Source: an uncultured Chromatiaceae bacterium
GTDB taxonomy: Bacteria; Pseudomonadota; Gammaproteobacteria; Chromatiales; Chromatiaceae
DNA length: 64,000 bases
Direction: 5' to 3'
NCBI GenBank assembly: GCA_937923175.1
Contig: CALALB010000039.1
Location: 4,963 to 68,962, forward strand
A program made the position numbers and the translations under genes. Positions within the stretch are counted from its first letter, which is position 1; each line of letters begins with the position of its first letter. This document shows positions 45,727-53,837 of the stretch, one piece after another. The notes beneath the pieces were generated by a model. It did no database searches and was not told the origin of the DNA. It saw nothing but the letters and a program-made list of their open reading frames with translations.

Positions 45727-48165
45727 TTAACGGTTTCTGGCCGTGAAGGGCAAGCGGTCGTTGATCCCTTCGAGTTGTTTGCCGGTGTCGCGCAGGCTGC
45801 TGACGATGTTTTCCATAGCGATAAACTGGGCTTGGAGACGCGCGGCATATTTTTCCATCCGCCGGTCCAGGGTAGTGCGTTCCTCCTTGAGCGCATCGAG
45901 TTGTTGTCGGAGCCCTTTTTCCCGCGCCCCGATGGTCCCCGTGGTGTCGGTCAGGCCATCGATCATGTTGACCAGCTCGCCGGCAAACCCGCGGGCAAAG
46001 CTGAACTCAAAGGACCCTTGCGCCTTCGCCCCTGGGCTGACCCGCAGATTGAGCCCATAGGCCGGTGAATCCAGGCTAGGCAGTAGGATATTGCCCGCGC
46101 CAAAGCCCTCGGTGCCATTGATGGTCCCGGCCACATCCACCCCGCGGGTGCCGCTCAAGGCGGTCTCGATCCCGAACGCGGCCATCGCCTCGCTGCGCTC
46201 GCTAAAATCGATCGATGAGCGCGCCCCGCTCGCATTCGAGGTGAAGCTGAAACGGTTGGCCACAGCATCATAGGCTACGCTGACCCCTGCCCCCGCGCCG
46301 CTGAGCTTGGCGTCGGCATTGATCGCATTTTCCAAGGCAGCGCGTAGCTCCTCAGCGGTATTAAAGGTCCCTGTGAGGGCAATGGTGTTGGACTCGACCC
46401 CATTGACCCGGATCTTGAAATTGTAGGCGCCGCCACTGGTGTCGAGCGGGGTCGTGAAGGTATCGGTTGCGGCATCGAACTGGACATGGCTGATTGCCTG
46501 GCCATTGACAAAGGCGCGGGTCGGTGCAATCCCCAAGACACCCATCTGGTCAGTCCAGGTCCCACCGACGTCCTCGCCCGTTTCTAGAAACATCACCCGC
46601 GAGGCCGAGCCATAATCGCGCGAGATGAAACGAAAGGCATTGGCCCCGCTGTCATATTCGACATCCACACCCACGCCTGCCGCCCGCAGAGCGGTATCGC
46701 CGTTGATCCGCGATTGCAGCTCAGCGCGTAACTCCTCGAGCGAATTGAAGCTTCCAGTTAATCGGATGCTCCCTGAATCTATACCATCGACCTGGATCTT
46801 GAAGGCATAGCCGCCGCCGGAGGTATCAAGTGGACCCGCGCCAAAGTCATGGTTAATCACAGACCCGCGCGCCTGACCCTGGGTGGGATCGCGGGTGATC
46901 TGGGCGCTATAGGTCCCAGCAAGGGCACGTCCAGAGAAGCTGCCGCGATTGACGGTCACCGCGGTATTGGTCGAGCTCGTCTGTCCGGCGAATAGACGCT
47001 CGACCAGGGCAAACTGGGTATTGATCGCATCCTTAAGCTCGGTCTCATTGATCGTTAGCGATCCATCGCGCTCGGTGCGGATTCCAATATTGGTCAAGGC
47101 CGTCAAGCCGCCTTGGAGGCCGGGGACAGCCCCGCCGAGCTGCTGACGCAGGCGTTCGATCATGGTCCGGGCCGTGCCGTCGCTCGCCAGATCCCCGCGC
47201 ACCACCCGATTGTCCTTGTCGCGGCTATAACCGACGATTTCCTGGGTGGTCTTGTGGAAGCTGTTATAGGCTTTGACAAAATCGCGGATCGCCTGTTCAG
47301 CTGCACCCTTGTCGGCGGTGATCGAGAAATTGAGCGCCTGACCTGGTGTACCCTTTTTGTTGACCGTGAACGAGAAACCCTGGATGACGTCATTGATCTC
47401 GTTGGTGGTGCGGGTGATATTGAGCCCATTGACCCTTAGCTCGGCATTGCGGCCCTTTTGGGTCTCGAGCGCCGAACGGGTGGTCTCATTGAACTCGAAG
47501 CTATCGAGACCCGTTGAACCCGGGCTGGCGGTGATCCGCAGGGCATTCGCTGCGCCAGAGTCAGCGGTGAGCATGAGCTGATACTGGTTATCGACCTTGA
47601 TAATCGAGGCCTGTACCCCGGCGTTCTGCTCATTGATCTTTTGGGCGATGGTATCGAGCGAATCGCTGGCATTGATCGCGATCGAGAGTGCTGCCCGTTC
47701 GCCGTTGACTGCAAAGCCGGTCGGCTCACCTGTCCCTGGGTCATAGTTCCAGGTGCCGAATTGGATGGTGAGTGTCCCAGACTTGTCGAGTGCCACATCG
47801 CGCGCGCTCTGGGCCGGCATCGCTAGGGTATGGGCGCTGGCCGTTTCCAAGACCTCAATGGCATAGGAACCGGTTTGGGCGCCGGGTTCGATCTTATTGG
47901 CAGTGATGACATCCGAATTCGGTACATTGACCGAACGGGCGTTAAAGAGATCGCGATTGGTCAATGAACTGAGTGCGTTCCTGAGCTCTGAGAGGACATT
48001 GCGCAGCTTGCCATAGCCTGAGATCTGGGTCTGAAGACGCTGCTCGCGTTCATTGATCCGCGCCTCCTTGGGGGCACGCTCGACCGCGGTCAGTTGGGTG
48101 ACCAGATTCTTGATATCGATCCCGGAACCGGCGCCGAGGGTGGTAATGATATTGGTGTCGGCCAT
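45727..48165 (-). CDS. fliD: flagellar filament cap protein FliD (hook-associated protein 2), unusually long (812 aa)
   Basis: N-terminus TLGAGSGIDIKNLVTQLTAVERAPKEARINEREQRLQTQISGYGKL. C-terminus KGLRQQLDALKEERTTLDRRMEKYAARLQAQFIAMENIVSSL. Both are typical FliD coiled-coil ends. Confidence 0.92.
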   Translation of the reverse strand: MADTNIITTLGAGSGIDIKNLVTQLTAVERAPKEARINEREQRLQTQISGYGKLRNVLSELRNALSSLTNRDLFNARSVNVPNSDVITANKIEPGAQTGSYAIEVLETASAHTLAMPAQSARDVALDKSGTLTIQFGTWNYDPGTGEPTGFAVNGERAALSIAINASDSLDTIAQKINEQNAGVQASIIKVDNQYQLMLTADSGAANALRITASPGSTGLDSFEFNETTRSALETQKGRNAELRVNGLNITRTTNEINDVIQGFSFTVNKKGTPGQALNFSITADKGAAEQAIRDFVKAYNSFHKTTQEIVGYSRDKDNRVVRGDLASDGTARTMIERLRQQLGGAVPGLQGGLTALTNIGIRTERDGSLTINETELKDAINTQFALVERLFAGQTSSTNTAVTVNRGSFSGRALAGTYSAQITRDPTQGQARGSVINHDFGAGPLDTSGGGYAFKIQVDGIDSGSIRLTGSFNSLEELRAELQSRINGDTALRAAGVGVDVEYDSGANAFRFISRDYGSASRVMFLETGEDVGGTWTDQMGVLGIAPTRAFVNGQAISHVQFDAATDTFTTPLDTSGGAYNFKIRVNGVESNTIALTGTFNTAEELRAALENAINADAKLSGAGAGVSVAYDAVANRFSFTSNASGARSSIDFSERSEAMAAFGIETALSGTRGVDVAGTINGTEGFGAGNILLPSLDSPAYGLNLRVSPGAKAQGSFEFSFARGFAGELVNMIDGLTDTTGTIGAREKGLRQQLDALKEERTTLDRRMEKYAARLQAQFIAMENIVSSLRDTGKQLEGINDRLPFTARNR

Positions 48166-48224
48166 TGTCGTTACTCCCGCTTTGCTCCCTCTGCCCTGGG
48201 CGCATCATCCGCAACCGAGCGCCC

Positions 48225-48704
48225 TCAGGCCTTTTTGTTGAAGATCAGACCGATCAGACCATCGACATATTTGGCGAAGTTCAAGGTCTCTTCGCTGGGG
48301 ATCTGGCGGATGACCTCATTGGTCTGGGCGTCGATCACCCGGATGACCATCCGCTCCGAGTCCTCATCGAGCTGGAAGGTCAGCATCTGCCGGCCTTGCT
48401 GCAGCATCTCATTGATCTTGTCGACCGCCTCGCTGAGCCGATCGACCATCTCCTGGTCGCTCACCAAGACACCCTGACCTGGATCGCGCCTGGACTCCTC
48501 GGTCTGGCCAGTCGGCGATTCGGTCTCCGAGCGCTGGGCGATGCGCCCATTGAGCTCATAGACCGCATCAGATCGGCCATTGGTTGACGGCTGCACGCTG
48601 CCCTGGCGCATCTCGGCGCTGGGATGGGTGCGGGGATTTGCCGGATTTGCAGATGACAAAGGCGCCGTCATCGCTCCGACACCGATCAATGGATCGCTGG
48701 CCAT
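48225..48704 (-). CDS. flaG: flagellar protein FlaG
   Basis: C-terminal LTFQLDEDSERMVIRVIDAQTNEVIRQIPSEETLNFAKYV is the FlaG signature. It sits between fliC and fliD. Confidence 0.85.
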   Translation of the reverse strand: MASDPLIGVGAMTAPLSSANPANPRTHPSAEMRQGSVQPSTNGRSDAVYELNGRIAQRSETESPTGQTEESRRDPGQGVLVSDQEMVDRLSEAVDKINEMLQQGRQMLTFQLDEDSERMVIRVIDAQTNEVIRQIPSEETLNFAKYVDGLIGLIFNKKA

Positions 48705-48726
48705 CGTCTTGCCTCCTCGAACTCTA

Positions 48727-48754
48727 GGCGGGCAGCCCCTGGAGGCCGCCCGCC
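48727..48754 (-). terminator. GC-rich hairpin between fliC and flaG (possible partial terminator, no T-run)
   Basis: GGCGGGC - 14 nt - GCCCGCC, about 25 nt after the fliC stop. Confidence 0.35.
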
Positions 48755-48778
48755 GCCGTCATGCAACCTGACTCAAGT

Positions 48779-50881
48779 TTAGCGCAGGAGCGACAGCACC
48801 TGTTGCGGCTGCGAGTTGGCCTGGGCCAGCATGGCCTGGCTGGCCTGCATCAAGACCTGGGTGCGCGATAGCTTCGCCGTCTCGGCCGCAAAATCGGCAT
48901 CTTCGATCCGCGAGCGCGAGGCCGAGGCGTTCTGCGAGATACTCATCAGGTTATTGATGGTGAACTCCAGCCGATTATTGACCGCACCCAGATCGGAGCG
49001 GACGTTATTGACCCGCTCGAGGGCATTGTCGATGGCCACGATCGCCTTATTGGCGCCCTCGACAGTTGAGATATCCACATTGGCGATCGCCATGCCGTCC
49101 TTGCCGCCGCCATAGTTGCCCACACTCAGGCCCGAGTAATCCAGGTTCGCATCCTTGCCGCGGGTGATCACGATCTCTTTATCCGAGACCAGGGTGAACT
49201 CGCCGACAAAGGTCTGAGCGCCGCTTTGGAACCCGGCGTATTGGCTGTCCGAGAAATCGACGATGATATTGCGTCCATCCTTGGCGATGAGCTGGACTCC
49301 GCCGCCGTTCGCTGAGCCTTGTTCACCTGTATCGACCGCCCGCACCCCGGTTTGATCCGAGATGGCATTGACCGCCGCTACCAAGGCCTGGCGGTCGGCG
49401 CTCAGGTCGCCAGTCGTGAGGAAGGAGGTGATGGCCACCCCGTTGATACTGCCGCTCACAGTCTGGCCCGCGCTGGCAGTCTGGGCAGCGGTGTTCTTGG
49501 CGATGTTTTCATTGACAATCGCCCGCACCCCGGTTTTATCCGCCACTGCGTTGAAGGCCGCTGCCTTGGCGATGGCGCTGTAGGCCTTGCCGGCCGAGGA
49601 CGCGGTATCGTCGGTGGCATAGGACGGGCCGACCGACACGCCATTGACGAACACGTTGCCGGCGGTCATGGCATTCGTCGAATCCCGGAGGTTTGAGGTG
49701 ACCTGGGTCGCTGTACCGCTGTATTTGCCCTCCACGAAGCCGGCGTCGCTGGCATTACCAGTGGCACCCGAGGAGATCTGGATCTCCTTGCCGCCCGAGG
49801 ACACCAGGGTGACAGTGCCAGAGGCGATGGTGGCGGCGTTGGCGCCAGTGGTTAATCGCAGACCGGTGGCGGCCGCCCCTAGGTCACTGGTGTTCTCCAG
49901 CATGATATTACGCCCGTCCTTGGCCACCAGGGTAACGCCGCCCTCGTCTGTGCCGGTGTCGATAGCGATGACCCCGGTGCGCTCCGACTCCAGATTGATG
50001 GCGCGCACCACCGACTCACGGGTGGTCGCGGTATTATCGGTGGTTTGCAGGGTAATCGTGACGCCATTGATCGCGATCGAGCCACTGGTTGCCGTTGCGG
50101 TCATGGCTGCGCCGCCCAGGTGCGTCTCGCCGACCACTGCGGTCACCCCGGTCTGATCGCTCTTGGCATTGATGGCCGCGGCGATCGAGATGGCGCTCTT
50201 GTCCTTGGCATGCGAGGAGGCGGTATCAGAGGCCGCCTGGGCACCCTCGATGGCAATCCCGTTGATCATGAGATCGCCGGTACCGAGCGTGGTCAGATTG
50301 GTCACGGCCGCCGCCGCACTTGTCCCAGTCGCGATGCGAGTAAATGAACCCACGCCGGCGGTCTTTTCGACCCCCAGGTTCTGCGCATCTAGTCTGCCGA
50401 TATTTACCGAGATGGTCTGATTGGCCTCGGCGCCGACATGCAGCTTGACCTCGCTGGCTGAGCCGTCGAGCAGGTTGAGCCCATTGAAATTGGTGCTGTC
50501 GACCAACCGGTTGAGCTCCTTGATGAGCTGCTGGGATTCGGCATTGAGCGAGTTGCGGTTGCCCTTGGTATAGGTGCCGTTGGCCGATTGCACCGCCAGC
50601 TCGCGCATGCGCTGCAGGATATTGGACATCTCGCTTAAGGCACCCTCAGCGGTCTGCACCAGCGAGATCCCGTCGTTGGCATTGCGTACCGATTGATCAA
50701 AGCCGCGGATCTGCGAGGTCAGGCGGCTGGCGATCGCTGAACCTGCGGCATCATCCTTGGCCGAGTTGATACGCAACCCGCTGCTTAAGCGCTCCATTGC
50801 CTGACCCAGAGAGCTTTGGCTCTTGGTAATGTTGCGCTGGGCGTTGAGCGACATGACGTTAGTATTGATGACCAGTGCCAT
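48779..50881 (-). CDS. fliC: flagellin, long form (700 aa) with repeated central modules
   Basis: N-terminus MALVINTNVMSLNAQRNITKSQSSLGQAMERLSSGLRINSAKDDAAG. C-terminus DADFAAETAKLSRTQVLMQASQAMLAQANSQPQQVLSLLR. Confidence 0.95.
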   Translation of the reverse strand: MALVINTNVMSLNAQRNITKSQSSLGQAMERLSSGLRINSAKDDAAGSAIASRLTSQIRGFDQSVRNANDGISLVQTAEGALSEMSNILQRMRELAVQSANGTYTKGNRNSLNAESQQLIKELNRLVDSTNFNGLNLLDGSASEVKLHVGAEANQTISVNIGRLDAQNLGVEKTAGVGSFTRIATGTSAAAAVTNLTTLGTGDLMINGIAIEGAQAASDTASSHAKDKSAISIAAAINAKSDQTGVTAVVGETHLGGAAMTATATSGSIAINGVTITLQTTDNTATTRESVVRAINLESERTGVIAIDTGTDEGGVTLVAKDGRNIMLENTSDLGAAATGLRLTTGANAATIASGTVTLVSSGGKEIQISSGATGNASDAGFVEGKYSGTATQVTSNLRDSTNAMTAGNVFVNGVSVGPSYATDDTASSAGKAYSAIAKAAAFNAVADKTGVRAIVNENIAKNTAAQTASAGQTVSGSINGVAITSFLTTGDLSADRQALVAAVNAISDQTGVRAVDTGEQGSANGGGVQLIAKDGRNIIVDFSDSQYAGFQSGAQTFVGEFTLVSDKEIVITRGKDANLDYSGLSVGNYGGGKDGMAIANVDISTVEGANKAIVAIDNALERVNNVRSDLGAVNNRLEFTINNLMSISQNASASRSRIEDADFAAETAKLSRTQVLMQASQAMLAQANSQPQQVLSLLR

Positions 50882-50962
50882 TGCTGTATCTCCATGTTGG
50901 ATGATCCGGGCCGACAGCCCAGGTTAAGCCAGCGCCCCGGATGGTGGTTTGACCCAATCTCC

Positions 50963-50989
50963 CTATCGGCCAGCCCTGCGAAATCTTGA
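50963..50989 (-). promoter_or_regulatory. sigma28 (FliA)-type promoter of fliC
   Basis: The minus strand reads TCAAGATT - 11 nt - GCCGATAG (consensus TAAAGTTT/TCAAG-N11-GCCGATAA). The -10 element is about 80 nt upstream of the fliC ATG. Confidence 0.6.
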
Positions 50990-51034
50990 GTCACGCCGGC
51001 CGGATGGTTTTGGCGGGCGGGCAGGCGCATTGGT

Positions 51035-53728
51035 TTAACGAAGATCGAGCGCCACCCGGAAACCGACAAAGCTATAACGACTTTCGGAAAAATTGCGGTT
51101 GCGATAGGCGGCGCGCACCAGATTGGGCGCGCTATTCCAGGCCCCGCCGCGCATCACCCGCGGGGCATCGATCTCAGACGGGGCGCAGATCTGCTCAGCG
51201 CCTCGATAGTCGGTCTCATATTCTGAACAAGTCCATTCCCAAACATTGCCCAGGATATCAAACAGACCCCAGGGATTGGGCCTGAGACTGCCGACCGGGG
51301 CGACCCATTCATGGCCATCGTCGCACCCAAAGCCTGTATCCCAGCCCTGACCGCGATCGGCTGAATTGGCATAGAGACAGGGGCTGGCCGCGGGATCTGC
51401 TTCCCAAAAGCGCGCAGCTGAGGTGCCAGCGCGTGCGGCATATTCCCATTCGGCCTCGGTCGGTAGGCGGAAGGGGAGGGTGGTTTCGGTTTTAAGCCAC
51501 TGGACATAGGCCAGGGCATCGTTCCAGCTGACGCAGGTCACTGGATGGTGGTCATCGAGCCTTTGCTGACGATTGGGCTCGCGCCAATTGGCCCAGGGTT
51601 TGAGGCCCCAGGGTGTCTGGCGGTCGGCGCGATCGAGGGTCTCGCAGCCCGGGCTGTCGCCCTTGCCTGCCTCAGCATCGGTACGATAACCGGTCGCTGT
51701 AACAAAACGTCTAAATTGGGCGACGCTCACCTCGTGCACTGCCAATTTAAACGGCTCGAGACAGACCCGATGCAGCCCCTCGTCGGACTCATGACCGGGC
51801 TCATGCTCCGGGCTGCCCATCATGAAACATCCGCCTGGGATCAGGACCATCTCGGGTAAAAAGGCGCGGCGCTGGCTGAGCTCTTGAACGAGCGCAGCGA
51901 GCCGGGGAGAATCCGGGGCAATAGCGCGCAAGCGGGTAAGCTGCTCCTCCGCCTCAGCGAGCCGATAGCGCTTTAAAAGATCGGCGGCTGAAGCGGCATA
52001 ACCCTCGGCGGCTTCCTTAAGATGGGTCCGCGCCGTTTGGATCTGGGCGCTGATCAACCGCTCGCGCAGGGCAAGCAGACCGGCATGTCCAGGATTAAGC
52101 CTTAAACCCGCGTCGATCAGCTGGAATGATCTGGCTGGCTCGCCGAGGTCATGGGCAGCGATCGCTTGTTCATACAGCTGCTCGGTTTGGGTCTGGCGCG
52201 CCCGGGTTTGCTCGAGCGCGGCCAGCAAAGCCAGCAGACCTGGATGGTCCTGAACCAGTGCTAGGCCCTCGCGCCCCAGGCGTTCAGCGGTGGCAAGATC
52301 GCCCTTGGCCTGGGCGGATTGGGCCTGTTCGAGCAGACGCTCGGCGGCAAGGCGCTGGCGAGCGGCGAGTCGTTCCTGGATCTCAGCGCGCAGGTCCTTG
52401 AGATCAGTCTGATGCGGGGCGAGGGCCAGTCCAGACTCTACCGCCTGGGCGGCATCCTCAAGACGGTTTTCCAACAAGGCGCGGCGGGCTGCGCCGAGTA
52501 ACTGGGCAAGCTGAGCCTGCCTTTCCAGATGGTCGCGCAGCGCTTGGAGACGCTGATCCTCTGGGGTCGCCGCCAAGGCCAAGCGGATGATCTCCTGGGC
52601 CTGAGCGGTCTGACCGCGGCGCAGATGATCCAGGATCAGGGATTCATATTGGATCGCGGTCAGGGGGCGGTCGGGAGCAGCGGGTGGAAGCTCGACCCCG
52701 AGCTCCACCGGCGGGGCACTAGCCGGCGGCGCTGACCGCTTAAACCAGAGATAGCCTGCGCCTCCTGCCAACAGGAGGCCGACAGCAATGGCCCATAACC
52801 AGGGAGGGGGACGTCTGGGCTGAGGCGCTGCCTGAGGTTGCGCCTGGGGTTCTTGTGGCCGCGGGGTGGGTTCGGGGACGACTGGGGCAGCAGGCCGGAT
52901 CAGCCGAGTGGCATCATAGGTCTCACCGTATTCGGACTCCAGCGTCTCAAGGGTGCGGATGAGTTGGCCAGCGCTCGTGAACCGATCCTCCGGCTGCTTG
53001 GCCAGCAGTTTATCGATCAGCGTCTGATAAACGGCCAGAGGCTCAGGTAGACGGGGGATAGGGTCCTGGCAGTGTTTCATCGCCAGGCTGACGGCATCGT
53101 CTGCCTTATAGGGCAGACGCCGGGTCAGCATCTGATAGATGACCACCCCTAGGCTATAAAGATCAGAGCGCGGATCGAGCGGCTGGCCCAGACATTGCTC
53201 GGGGCTCATATACTGGGGGCTGCCGATCACCATGCCGACGCGGGTAAATTGCAGCGATTCGGGACCCGGGGTGATGGCCCGGGCGATCCCAAAATCGGTC
53301 AGGACTGGGGTCCCATCGGTGCGAAACAGGATATTCTGGGGCTTGACATCGCGATGGATCACCCCCCGCGCATGCGCGACTGCCAGCGCCTCGGCGATCT
53401 TGCGCGCGATCGAGAGGGCCCGACTGGCCGGCAACCCCCGCTTGATCTCGTCGAGCAGGGTCCCCCCGGGCAGATATTCCATCGAGAAGTAATAGAGCCC
53501 CTCGGCGACATCCAGGTCATAGATGGTGATGATCTGCGGATGCTGAAGGCGGGCGATGATCTGGCCTTCCTTGATGAAGCGCGCGATGAACTCATCGCCC
53601 CCCAGGGCCTGGGGCTTCATGACCTTGAGCGCCACCTCGCGCCCAAGCCGCTCTTGGCGGGCGAGATAGACCGTCGCCATGCCGCCCTGCCCGAGCTCGC
53701 GGAGGATGGTATAGCCTGGGATCTTCAC
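51035..53728 (-). CDS. receptor-type Ser/Thr protein kinase with TM helix, helical-repeat region and C-terminal FGE-sulfatase (SUMF1-like) domain
   Basis: Hanks kinase motifs GQGGMATVY, VALK, HRDVKPQN, DFG and SPE. TM WLWAIAVGLLLAGGAGYLWF at about aa 309-329. C-terminus (about aa 622-897) with MVLIPGGCFMMGS ... RVMRGGAWNS ... GFRVA. GTG start. Confidence 0.85.
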   Translation of the reverse strand: MKIPGYTILRELGQGGMATVYLARQERLGREVALKVMKPQALGGDEFIARFIKEGQIIARLQHPQIITIYDLDVAEGLYYFSMEYLPGGTLLDEIKRGLPASRALSIARKIAEALAVAHARGVIHRDVKPQNILFRTDGTPVLTDFGIARAITPGPESLQFTRVGMVIGSPQYMSPEQCLGQPLDPRSDLYSLGVVIYQMLTRRLPYKADDAVSLAMKHCQDPIPRLPEPLAVYQTLIDKLLAKQPEDRFTSAGQLIRTLETLESEYGETYDATRLIRPAAPVVPEPTPRPQEPQAQPQAAPQPRRPPPWLWAIAVGLLLAGGAGYLWFKRSAPPASAPPVELGVELPPAAPDRPLTAIQYESLILDHLRRGQTAQAQEIIRLALAATPEDQRLQALRDHLERQAQLAQLLGAARRALLENRLEDAAQAVESGLALAPHQTDLKDLRAEIQERLAARQRLAAERLLEQAQSAQAKGDLATAERLGREGLALVQDHPGLLALLAALEQTRARQTQTEQLYEQAIAAHDLGEPARSFQLIDAGLRLNPGHAGLLALRERLISAQIQTARTHLKEAAEGYAASAADLLKRYRLAEAEEQLTRLRAIAPDSPRLAALVQELSQRRAFLPEMVLIPGGCFMMGSPEHEPGHESDEGLHRVCLEPFKLAVHEVSVAQFRRFVTATGYRTDAEAGKGDSPGCETLDRADRQTPWGLKPWANWREPNRQQRLDDHHPVTCVSWNDALAYVQWLKTETTLPFRLPTEAEWEYAARAGTSAARFWEADPAASPCLYANSADRGQGWDTGFGCDDGHEWVAPVGSLRPNPWGLFDILGNVWEWTCSEYETDYRGAEQICAPSEIDAPRVMRGGAWNSAPNLVRAAYRNRNFSESRYSFVGFRVALDLR

Positions 53729-53837
53729 GGTGCTGGGTGACCCTGACGGGTAGGACTGCTGACGGTTGGCGATGATATAACCGATCGCCGCGCTGCTTAC
53801 AGCTCAACGCATCTCGGGAAACGAGGTTTCATCCGCT

